Shown here piece by piece: positions 1 through 8,954 of a DNA stretch of 64,000 nucleotides. The notes under the pieces are model-generated. The model was not told where the DNA came from and did no database searches. It was given only the letters and a program-made list of their open reading frames with translations. Origin of the DNA: Clostridia bacterium (GTDB lineage: Bacteria > Bacillota > Clostridia > UBA1212 > DUPL01); NCBI GenBank assembly GCA_050951325.1, contig JBMNIW010000008.1:288001-352000 (forward strand), given 5' to 3'. The position numbers and the translations under genes are program-made. Each line of letters begins with the position of its first letter. The first letter of the stretch is position 1.

Positions 1-207
1 TTCTATACAGGCTGTAAGACTAATTTTCGCACTATTTGCAACCCATACATTTTCTTTTATCTGCACAAAGTCATATGGAAGTAAAAGAGCTGCCTCAAGA
101 ATATATTTGCCAATATCCTTAAGGCATTCCCATGGAAACTCATAGTTTTTAAGCAAATCACCTGCTATGGACTTGTCTAGAGAAAAAAGTTTTGAGGTTA
201 GATTCAT
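1..207 (-). CDS. Partial hexapeptide-repeat/GlmU-like protein (N-terminus; runs off window)
   Basis: Manual translation MNLTSKLFSLDKSIAGDLLKNYEFPWECLKDIG...ENVWVANSAKI; RBS AAGGAAG upstream; resembles clostridial UDP-GlcNAc pyrophosphorylase-like proteins. Confidence 0.6.
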   Translation of the reverse strand, partial: MNLTSKLFSLDKSIAGDLLKNYEFPWECLKDIGKYILEAALLLPYDFVQIKENVWVANSAKISLTACIE

Positions 208-242
208 AAGACACTTCCTTGTTTTTTCTCATTATATATTCT

Positions 243-1142
243 TTATTCAAAAAGTTCAATATGAGCGCAATATTTTTCAAGAAGTCTTATTGGTTTGTAA
301 GACAGCTTTGATTTTCTAAGACCGGGATCTCCCACATCTTCCTCCCTGTTAATATATATCACGCCGTCGGTTGCATAGTCTTTGGCAAACTCACTTACAA
401 TCATCTGATAGGAGCCGTGGTAATCGGTAACAGCCCTCTCCACATGTACAAAAAGAGTATCCTTAACCACCTCTCCCAGTGCAAAAGCAATCACTTCACC
501 ATCCACTTCAATAAATCCACCAAGATGGTTGAAACTCAAAAAGTAGTTCAAATACTCCCTTGCCCTTCTTGCCTCCTTCAGTTCCGAACTGGAAGCGTCA
601 TCGGATGGTACGAAATACTTATCAAAAGCCTCGACGACCCTGCCCAGATTCTCTTGTGTAATCCTATGATATTTGTGGTTTGGATATTCACGCTTGAACC
701 TGTTTACATGGTTCCTCTGACCGTGGTACTTCTTCCCTTTGAATGTTTTCAAGCTTTCTGCATTATACAGATAATCATACCAGTCCCTGCTGGTTATAAA
801 GTGGCATTTGTCACCATATCGAAACTTAACATACTCCATTGCCTTTTCGGGCAGGGTACAGAACTTCAGCTCCAAGCCATTTGCTCTTGTGTACTCCTCT
901 ATTGCCTTCATCGCCTCATCGGTGGAGCCTTTGCCTATGGGATAGCTGAAACTTGTCCCTCTTGTAGGATATGCCACCTTGAATATAAGCATATCCTTGT
1001 GTATAGCAAATTCTGAATAGAAATAGTCTCTCCACATGTATATTGCGCCTGCTGTAAAATCACAGGTTCTAAACTCCTGATATTTCAGATACTCACCAAG
1101 TCTATTTATATCAGAAAGTTCCACTTCCTTGAAATTAAGCAT
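243..1142 (-). CDS. DUF2156 / aminoacyl-phosphatidylglycerol synthase-like GNAT-fold protein
   Basis: Motifs DYLY..GKKYHGQRNH, INREEDVGDPGLRKSKLSYKP; AGGAGG RBS before ATG at 1142. Confidence 0.85.
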   Translation of the reverse strand: MLNFKEVELSDINRLGEYLKYQEFRTCDFTAGAIYMWRDYFYSEFAIHKDMLIFKVAYPTRGTSFSYPIGKGSTDEAMKAIEEYTRANGLELKFCTLPEKAMEYVKFRYGDKCHFITSRDWYDYLYNAESLKTFKGKKYHGQRNHVNRFKREYPNHKYHRITQENLGRVVEAFDKYFVPSDDASSSELKEARRAREYLNYFLSFNHLGGFIEVDGEVIAFALGEVVKDTLFVHVERAVTDYHGSYQMIVSEFAKDYATDGVIYINREEDVGDPGLRKSKLSYKPIRLLEKYCAHIELFE

Positions 1143-1301
1143 AAGTCCTCCTTGATTAATCATAATACATTCGCCCTATTATACCATATCGGCATTTTTT
1201 TCACATTCATACATTTTTAACACCAAACTGTTGATTAAATATTTAAAAAAAGATATATTTGATTCTATGATAATTATTATGAAGTGGAGGAAATATATCG
1301 G

Positions 1302-3101
1302 ATGCTTGTTCGACTGATTAAATACTTTAAAAAGTACAAATTTTATGCTATTTTATGCCCTATACTAATGCTGGTGGAAGTATTGTGCGATGTGCTCATG
1401 CCCTACATGATGGCCTTGATAGTAAACCGGGTCAGCGATTCTGTAAGGGCGAACACAAGTTTCACAAATGATGACACAAGATATATTATAACCATAGGGG
1501 CAATAATGATACTCCTGGCATTGATTGCACTGCTGTGCGGAGCTATTGCCGCCCGTCTTGCAGCGGTAGCCGCCCAAGGAGGAGGCACCGAACTCCGATA
1601 TGACCTTTTCAAACAGATACAAACTTTTTCCTTTGCGGATTTGGACAAATTCAGTGTTCCATCACTGATTACAAGACTTACAACAGACATAACCAATATT
1701 CAAATGGCAGGCATGATGTCTTTAAGGATGCTGATACGGGCACCCTTTATGCTGCTTTTCGCTTTAATACTTGCATTAAACATAAACAGCGAGCTTGCCT
1801 TGGTATTCCTTGTCGCAATTCCAATACTGGGCATCGCCCTTTATTTCATAATCACAACTGCCCACCCAAGGTTCAGAAAACTTCAGAAGAAATTCGATGC
1901 CCTCAATGCCTCCATCCAGGAAAACCTTACAGGCATAAGGGTTGTAAAGAGTTTTGTGCGCGAGGATTATGAGAAGGAAAAGTTCAAAAAATCAAATGAC
2001 GACTTTACCAATACTGCCATCGGAGCTGTAAAGGTGGTCATATTCACCATGCCCTTGATGCAGCTTGTAATTTACGGATGTATAGTTGCAATCCTCTGGT
2101 TTGGCAGCGGCATGGTGGCAGACACCACTATCACCAGAATACTTACCGGTGCGGAAAGCGCATCAGGCATGCAGGCAGGCGACCTTATAAGTTTTATCTC
2201 CTATGTCACCCAGATACTCATATCACTGATGATGATATCTTTTCTTTTCCTCATGTTTGTACGCTCGAAAGCATCAGCGGAGCGTGTATTTGAGGTAATG
2301 GATACCGAGTCAACAATAAAAGATCCTGAGAATCCTGTTATGGAAGTAAAAGATGGATCAATTGTTTTTAATAATGTGAGCTTTAGATATGAGGAAGGAA
2401 AAGGCGAAGATACATTGTCAGGCATTAATCTTTCCATTGCGTCTGGCGAGAACATAGGAATAATCGGAGCCACTGGCTCTGCAAAGTCAACTCTTGTCCA
2501 GCTTATTCCAAGGCTGTATGACGTAATCCAGGGAGAAGTTTTGGTAGGTGGAGTCAATGTAAAAGAGTACTCCTTGAAAAGTTTAAGAGATGCCGTGGCA
2601 ATGGTTTTGCAGAAGAACACCCTATTTTCGGGAACTGTAAGAGACAATATGAAATGGGGTAATGAAGACGCCACAGATGAAGAAATAATCGAAGCATTAA
2701 AGCAAGCCCAGGCATGGCCTTTTGTAAGCAAGCTGGAAAAAGGTCTTGACCACTGGGTTGAACAAGGCGGCACAAACTTTTCAGGAGGACAGAAACAAAG
2801 ACTCTGTATAGCCAGATCCTTGTTGAAAAAACCAAAGGTAATTATACTGGATGACTCCACAAGTGCTGTAGACATGGCAACGGATTCGAAAATACGCGCT
2901 TCTTTCAAAGAGAACCTGAAAGGAATTACTGTGATAATAATTGCACAAAGAGTAAGATCCATATCTCACTGCGACAGGATAATTGTCATGGATGATGGCA
3001 AAATAAATGCAATAGGAACACATGAGGAGCTTCTTGAAAATTGCGAGATATATGAAGACATATACAATTCACAGCAGGAAGGAGTGCTTGCAGATGCATA
3101 G
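1302..3101 (+). CDS. Heterodimeric ABC exporter subunit (TMD+NBD, degenerate site)
   Basis: TM helices, GATGSAKS, FSGGQKQR, ILDDS (degenerate Walker B). Confidence 0.92.
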   Translation: MLVRLIKYFKKYKFYAILCPILMLVEVLCDVLMPYMMALIVNRVSDSVRANTSFTNDDTRYIITIGAIMILLALIALLCGAIAARLAAVAAQGGGTELRYDLFKQIQTFSFADLDKFSVPSLITRLTTDITNIQMAGMMSLRMLIRAPFMLLFALILALNINSELALVFLVAIPILGIALYFIITTAHPRFRKLQKKFDALNASIQENLTGIRVVKSFVREDYEKEKFKKSNDDFTNTAIGAVKVVIFTMPLMQLVIYGCIVAILWFGSGMVADTTITRILTGAESASGMQAGDLISFISYVTQILISLMMISFLFLMFVRSKASAERVFEVMDTESTIKDPENPVMEVKDGSIVFNNVSFRYEEGKGEDTLSGINLSIASGENIGIIGATGSAKSTLVQLIPRLYDVIQGEVLVGGVNVKEYSLKSLRDAVAMVLQKNTLFSGTVRDNMKWGNEDATDEEIIEALKQAQAWPFVSKLEKGLDHWVEQGGTNFSGGQKQRLCIARSLLKKPKVIILDDSTSAVDMATDSKIRASFKENLKGITVIIIAQRVRSISHCDRIIVMDDGKINAIGTHEELLENCEIYEDIYNSQQEGVLADA

Positions 3102-5049
3102 AAAAACACATGTAGAGAATAAACCTAAAAACGCTATGAAAACTCTTGCGCGCATGTATAAATACATGTCCGGACACACAATAGGGCTTGTATTTGCAAT
3201 AATCTTAATCATTTTCAGCTCTTTGGCAGGAATTATAGGCACTTCACTGCTGAGACCACTCATAAACAACCTGATGAATAATATAAAGTTGCTGATGGAT
3301 GCAGGCCATGATGCAAATACAGCAAAAGAAATTATCATGTCGGGAGTGTTCGACACCCTCGTCATTATGATTGTTGTCTATGTTCTCGGAGCTTTGTCCA
3401 CATATTTTGGCAACAGACTGCTCCTTATCATATCGCAAAAGACTACCAACAGAATAAGGAAAGAACTGTTCGATCATTTGCAAAGTCTGCCCGTAGGTTT
3501 CTTTGACAGAAACACACACGGAGAACTAATGAGCCGTTTCACAAACGACATGGAACACATCACCATGGCTCTTGAGCAAAGCCTGTCCCAGACAATTACA
3601 TCTGCAATTACAATTGTAGGAACCTTCATTATGATGGTCTACTACAGCCCCTTCCTTACAATATTCGTAATCCTTATGCTTTTTGTAATGCTCAGGGTTG
3701 TCAAAATTGTAGGTAAAAAGAGCGCAGTTAACTTTAGAAACCAGCAGAAAAGTCTTGGTGAGCTGAACGGTTTCATAGAAGAAATGATGGAAGGACAGAA
3801 AGTCGTAAAGATATTCAATCACGAAGAGAAAAACCAGAGCGAATTTGAAGCGCTTAATGAAGAACTCAGAAAGGCATCTACAGATGCCCAGACATATGCA
3901 GGAATACTTATGCCCATCATGGGAAATCTGTCTTATGTACAGTATGCAATTACCGCATGTGTAGGAGCTCTCCTAATTGCAAACCCTGTAAATCTTGCCT
4001 TCTTTGCCATGGACGTGGGAACGCTGGCATCTTTCCTCCAGTTTACAAGAGCGTTTTCACAGCCAATAACACAGATTGCAAACCAGACCAACACGCTTCT
4101 TGCCGCCCTTGCCGGTGCGGAAAGAATCTTTGCTGTGCTTGACGAGGAGCCCGAGGAGGACAATGGAAAAACCACACTGGCGGTTGCAAAAAGGAATGAG
4201 AACAACGAGCTTGTTCATGTCGACAAACCCTTTGTTGACATGACCCAGTGCCAGAAGGAGAATCTAATTCCTGTATGGAAAACTCCGACTCCTGATGGCT
4301 ACAAGCTTACCGAGCTAAAAGGAGATGTAAGATTCAATAATGTTGTGTTTGGATATGTGGAGGATGTTATTGTTCTAAAGAATCTTTCACTTTACGCAAA
4401 GCCCGGTCAGAAGATTGCTTTTGTCGGATCAACGGGTGCTGGAAAAACCACAGTCACGAACCTTTTGAACCGTTTTTATGAAATAAAGGAAGGAACTATA
4501 ACGTATGACGGAATAGATATAAGGGATATAAAGAAGGCGGACCTTAGAAGGACATTGGGTTTCGTTCTGCAGGATGTGCATCTTTTTGAGGGAACCATAA
4601 AGGACAATATCAGGTACGGAAGGCTGGATGCCAGCGACGAAGAAGTTGTCCAGAGCGCAAAGATTGCAAATGCCCACTCCTTTATAAAAAGGCTTCCACA
4701 AGGCTATGACACCATATTGACCAAAGACGGCATAAATCTGTCCCAGGGTCAAAAGCAGCTTGTATCCATTGCAAGAGCAGCCATATCAGACCCTCCGGTG
4801 CTTGTACTTGACGAAGCAACAAGCTCCATCGATACTAGGACGGAGAAGCTCATAGAAAAAGGAATGGATACATTGATGAAAGACAGGACCACTTTCGTTA
4901 TTGCCCACAGGCTGTCTACTGTGAGAAATGCGAATGCCATCATGGTTATTGAAAACGGTGAAATTATAGAGCGTGGAGACCATGAGGATTTGCTTGACCT
5001 AAAAGGCAGATACTACAACCTGTATACCGGCATGAGCGAGCTATCGTAA
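3094..5049 (+). CDS. Heterodimeric ABC exporter subunit (TMD+NBD, consensus site)
   Basis: GSTGAGKT, LSQGQKQ, VLDEAT, IAHRL; ATG at 3094 overlaps end of previous gene. Confidence 0.92.
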   Translation: MHRKTHVENKPKNAMKTLARMYKYMSGHTIGLVFAIILIIFSSLAGIIGTSLLRPLINNLMNNIKLLMDAGHDANTAKEIIMSGVFDTLVIMIVVYVLGALSTYFGNRLLLIISQKTTNRIRKELFDHLQSLPVGFFDRNTHGELMSRFTNDMEHITMALEQSLSQTITSAITIVGTFIMMVYYSPFLTIFVILMLFVMLRVVKIVGKKSAVNFRNQQKSLGELNGFIEEMMEGQKVVKIFNHEEKNQSEFEALNEELRKASTDAQTYAGILMPIMGNLSYVQYAITACVGALLIANPVNLAFFAMDVGTLASFLQFTRAFSQPITQIANQTNTLLAALAGAERIFAVLDEEPEEDNGKTTLAVAKRNENNELVHVDKPFVDMTQCQKENLIPVWKTPTPDGYKLTELKGDVRFNNVVFGYVEDVIVLKNLSLYAKPGQKIAFVGSTGAGKTTVTNLLNRFYEIKEGTITYDGIDIRDIKKADLRRTLGFVLQDVHLFEGTIKDNIRYGRLDASDEEVVQSAKIANAHSFIKRLPQGYDTILTKDGINLSQGQKQLVSIARAAISDPPVLVLDEATSSIDTRTEKLIEKGMDTLMKDRTTFVIAHRLSTVRNANAIMVIENGEIIERGDHEDLLDLKGRYYNLYTGMSELS

Positions 5050-5129
5050 TGTTAATTTGAATTAAACATTGAAAATTTTCTATTAATCATTATAATATAT
5101 TTATCAACAATAATTTGATGAGGTGTGAT

Positions 5130-7844
5130 ATGTGGAAAATACTTAAAATAATCATTTGCTTAGTCATTTGCCTTGGTATACTTGTACCCGCTCAGGGCGA
5201 GTCGGGATTTGAACCAAGGGACACTAAAGCATACGAATCCGTAGAGAATGTCTACAAAATGGATTTTTCCGTATCCGACTTGAAAGAATACACAAGCAAG
5301 GATGAATGGGCAATATCCTCAGCCTCCAGTGCCGTTATAGAGAATGGCAAGCTGACATGCAAGTCTGGAAGGTCATTTTCAATAAGGCCCGGGTTTACAA
5401 TTGGAGACGACTACGGCCTTGAGCCAGGATACTTTACCTTCGACCTGGTCATGACAGGAGGACAGATATCAATAGGCACTAGGCTCTTTTCAAACGTAAC
5501 AATTAAAGGAACACAGGGCCTTTGGTTTACACTGACGAAGGACAACCTTGTGGTAGAGGATCCATCAACTAAATTGAAGGAAACGATTAATCACGGTATG
5601 GATTTGTCAACGGAACAGAATGTCAGAGTTCTTGACAATCTTGACACTATTGAATTTAGAATCAACGACACTGTTATTTGTAGTGTAACAATTGAAAACG
5701 AAAAACTTATGCTCTTCGATGCCAACGGAAACGAACTTGCAGCCATGAAGAATGAAACCGTTCCACATGCCGGCTACTTGAGAATGGATGTGGACAAGCT
5801 ACAGGGCTCATTGGACAATGTTGAGTATGCAAACAGACAAATAACACAAAAGTATGTAGAACGCCACGGCAGAGATATCGATTACTCCACCTGGTTTGCA
5901 GTGGACGATCTGGGAAGAAAAACTCCCGATAATGAAGAAGCAGGAAACAGAAAAAATGAAAAATATGTAGGTCTCTTTTACTTCATCAACCACGTTCACT
6001 CAAGTGGCGGAGAGATCCGCGACCATACAAAAATATATCTTGAACAGGGCCTTGATGCACTGAAAGCTTTCTTGCCAAACTCACCTGGAGGACACTGGGC
6101 AGAACCATATTTCGGTTACTACCTTTCCACCGATGAATGGATTTACAGAAAGCACGCAGCCATGTTCCAGGCCGCAGGCATAGACTTCATTTTCCTTGAC
6201 ATGTCAAACGCCCAGACTTTCCCTGAAAGCGTGAAGGTTCTTTTCGATACCTGGCTTGACATAAGAAGAAAAGGTGGCCAGACACCACAGATTGTGCCCA
6301 TGTGCGGAGACATGCCCGCTACATTGGTAATTGACATGTATACAATCAAGGATACCATCTTCTCTATTCCTGAATACGAGGAACTTCTGTTCAAGTGGGA
6401 TGGAAAACCTCTCATTCTTGGAAACAACGATAATCCAGAAGGCGATCTCTGGACCGTATCAGGCACAACACCTCAGACAAGAGAACAGTTCTACGAAGTT
6501 ATTAATTCTAATTCAAAGATAAAACAATTCTATGAAAGCGGAGAATTTGCAGAGTGGTTATCCAAGTTTACCATAAGAAAATGCTGGGCTTGGCAGGCCT
6601 CAAGATACGAGGAAGACAAATCATTTGCAGGATACTGGGATTGGCTTGACTGGCATCCACAGGCACCCGGAAGGAACTTCGATGGAGTAATCGAACAGAT
6701 CTCCGTTACCATGGGAACCCATGCTCACACCAGCACTGGCAGAAGCTATGTGGGAGAAAAAGATTACGGCAACGGACTACAGGATTTTGACTTTTCACTG
6801 GAAACATCAAAGTATGGACTTTGTTTTGAACAGCAGTTCAAACATGCTCTTAAAGAGAATCCTAAAGTAATAATGATTACAGGATGGAACGAGTGGTATG
6901 CGGGCGTTCAGAAGACACAGAACAAGCAGCAGACCACAGGACACACCCTGACTCCTGGTTACTACCTGGTTGACCAATTCAACCCTGAATTCAGCCGTGA
7001 CGGCGAACCAATGAAACTACGTACTGGAGTTGGATTCGGAGACAACTACTACTACCAGATGGTAAACTATATAAGGCAGTTCAAGGGAATGGACAAAACT
7101 CCAGTTGCTTCCGGACAGAAGACAATTGACATATCAAAGGGTATTTCCGAGTGGGCGGATGTAGGACCTGAGTTTAGGGATCACCTAAACGATACCACCT
7201 TCAGAAGGCACCTTTCATGGGGTGGCGTGTACACCTACATCAACAACACAGGAAGAAACGATCTTGATTATGCAAAGGTTTCGCAGGATGCGGACAATTT
7301 ATACTTCCTGATAGCCACTGCACATGATCTTGTAACTGTCGATGAAGACAACTGGATGAACCTGTTTATAAACACAGACATAAATCATGAAACCGGTTGG
7401 GAAGGTTATGACTTTGTACTGAACAGAAGCCGTGATGGCAAGACTGTTTCAGTTGAAAAGTTTGTAGACAACGATTGGGACTTTGAAAAAGTTGGAGATG
7501 CAGAATACTTCATGGGCGACAACTTCATCGCAATCAAGGTATCAAAGAGCATACTGGGTATAACTGAAGAACTGGCATCCTTTGATTTCAAGTGGGCTGA
7601 CAACTCCACAAAAACCGGTGATGTAATGCAGTTCATGGATATGGGCGACGCAGCTCCCGACTCAAGATTCGCTTTTAGATATTTGGGTACTGCACCTGCC
7701 ACAAAGAAATCTTCACCAAACTTCTTTGCAAATATTTTTAACCCTGCAAACTGGACCGCAGTCCACCTGGTGGTATTCAGTGTGATTGCAGCAGCAATAA
7801 TTATAGTTGTAGCAGTTATACTGGCAAAGCCGAAGAAAAAGTAA
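5130..7844 (+). CDS. Secreted, C-terminally anchored GH71/GH99-like glycoside hydrolase
   Basis: Signal peptide; VGLFYF, WAEPYFGYY, RKHA..AGIDFI, ITGWNEW, FSRDGEP, DNYYYQ; C-terminal TM plus KPKKK. Confidence 0.65.
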   Translation: MWKILKIIICLVICLGILVPAQGESGFEPRDTKAYESVENVYKMDFSVSDLKEYTSKDEWAISSASSAVIENGKLTCKSGRSFSIRPGFTIGDDYGLEPGYFTFDLVMTGGQISIGTRLFSNVTIKGTQGLWFTLTKDNLVVEDPSTKLKETINHGMDLSTEQNVRVLDNLDTIEFRINDTVICSVTIENEKLMLFDANGNELAAMKNETVPHAGYLRMDVDKLQGSLDNVEYANRQITQKYVERHGRDIDYSTWFAVDDLGRKTPDNEEAGNRKNEKYVGLFYFINHVHSSGGEIRDHTKIYLEQGLDALKAFLPNSPGGHWAEPYFGYYLSTDEWIYRKHAAMFQAAGIDFIFLDMSNAQTFPESVKVLFDTWLDIRRKGGQTPQIVPMCGDMPATLVIDMYTIKDTIFSIPEYEELLFKWDGKPLILGNNDNPEGDLWTVSGTTPQTREQFYEVINSNSKIKQFYESGEFAEWLSKFTIRKCWAWQASRYEEDKSFAGYWDWLDWHPQAPGRNFDGVIEQISVTMGTHAHTSTGRSYVGEKDYGNGLQDFDFSLETSKYGLCFEQQFKHALKENPKVIMITGWNEWYAGVQKTQNKQQTTGHTLTPGYYLVDQFNPEFSRDGEPMKLRTGVGFGDNYYYQMVNYIRQFKGMDKTPVASGQKTIDISKGISEWADVGPEFRDHLNDTTFRRHLSWGGVYTYINNTGRNDLDYAKVSQDADNLYFLIATAHDLVTVDEDNWMNLFINTDINHETGWEGYDFVLNRSRDGKTVSVEKFVDNDWDFEKVGDAEYFMGDNFIAIKVSKSILGITEELASFDFKWADNSTKTGDVMQFMDMGDAAPDSRFAFRYLGTAPATKKSSPNFFANIFNPANWTAVHLVVFSVIAAAIIIVVAVILAKPKKK

Positions 7845-7888
7845 GCATAAGAAACAGGTGAGCATGAATGCTCACCTGTTTTTTATGC
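7845..7888. terminator. Bidirectional intrinsic terminator
   Basis: AAACAGGTGAGCAT-ga-ATGCTCACCTGTTT hairpin with T tract between convergent genes. Confidence 0.8.
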
Positions 7889-7909
7889 TTGTCCATATTT
7901 ATTTCAAAT

Positions 7910-8806
7910 CTATGCAAAAGCTCTTATGCTGCTTGCCTTGGCGGATGTTCTCAGTTTCTTCATGGCCACACTTTCAATCTGCCTTACACGCTCTCTGGTT
8001 AGACCCAGGTCATAACCAATCTCCTCCAGCGTCTTTGGGGTTCTGCCGTTCAAACCAAATCTCTCTTGTATGATATATCCTTCCCTCTTGTCAAGTTTTT
8101 CAAGAACTTCCCTGACTGTATCACTAAGCAATATGTTCTTCGCTTCTTCATACACAGGATCTGGCGAATCGTCAGATGAGATGAAATCCATAAGCTCACT
8201 ATCTCCGTCTTCACCTATTGTGGTGTTGAGGGATGCAACATTCTTATCAAAGGTCTTGTACAACTTGTAATCCTTTTCAGAAAGTTTTACATGCTCTTTA
8301 AGTTCCTCGAAGGTTGGTTCCCTACCTTCCTGCTCCTTAAATGCTTCTATAGCCTTTGAAATTGCAATGAACTTTTCGCTCATGTGAACAGGAACTCTAA
8401 TGGTTCCTTCGTTGTCATATATATGTCTAACAATACTTTGTCTAATCCACCAGGTAGCATAAGTGCTGAAAGCATATCCTTTTTTATACTCGTATTTGTC
8501 AACAGCACGCATTAATCCTATGTTTCCTGCCTGAATCAAATCCATAATGGACTCTTCGACCTTGTACGTCTTCTTTATTATCTTGGCATATTTTACAACC
8601 AAACGAAGGTTGTGGACTACCAGCTTGTTGTATGCTTCCTTGTCCCCATCTCTTGTTCTCTTAAACAAATCTTCCACTTCTTTGGGTTCAAGCAATCTGT
8701 ACTTGCCAATTTCCCTAAGATATTGCTTAAGCGCACTGGTATCAACACGATCATCTTCCAAGTATTCCTGAGCTTCGTGGTCACTATATTCTAATCTTTC
8801 ACTCAT
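7910..8806 (-). CDS. RpoD-like sigma-70 factor lacking region 1.1 (298 aa)
   Basis: QYLREIG, NLRLVV, DLIQAGNIGLMRAVDKY, FSTYATWWIRQ, TLEEIG..LTRERVRQIE; AGGAGG RBS before ATG at 8806. Confidence 0.9.
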   Translation of the reverse strand: MSERLEYSDHEAQEYLEDDRVDTSALKQYLREIGKYRLLEPKEVEDLFKRTRDGDKEAYNKLVVHNLRLVVKYAKIIKKTYKVEESIMDLIQAGNIGLMRAVDKYEYKKGYAFSTYATWWIRQSIVRHIYDNEGTIRVPVHMSEKFIAISKAIEAFKEQEGREPTFEELKEHVKLSEKDYKLYKTFDKNVASLNTTIGEDGDSELMDFISSDDSPDPVYEEAKNILLSDTVREVLEKLDKREGYIIQERFGLNGRTPKTLEEIGYDLGLTRERVRQIESVAMKKLRTSAKASSIRAFA

Positions 8807-8954
8807 TTCGCCAACCTCCTTTAGAACATCAATTTGTCTATGCGTATAATTATATTTGGTGATATTAAATAATAAATAGTTTAAATATAAAGTAACACGC
8901 AACAAAAGTTAAACATTTCCTAAATTATCCTTTATGAACATGGTGACAAGCCAT

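Noticed and set aside
4170-4320. Long TMD-NBD linker in ABC subunit 2
   Set aside because: Similar insertions are common in clostridial ABC exporters; no intein motifs
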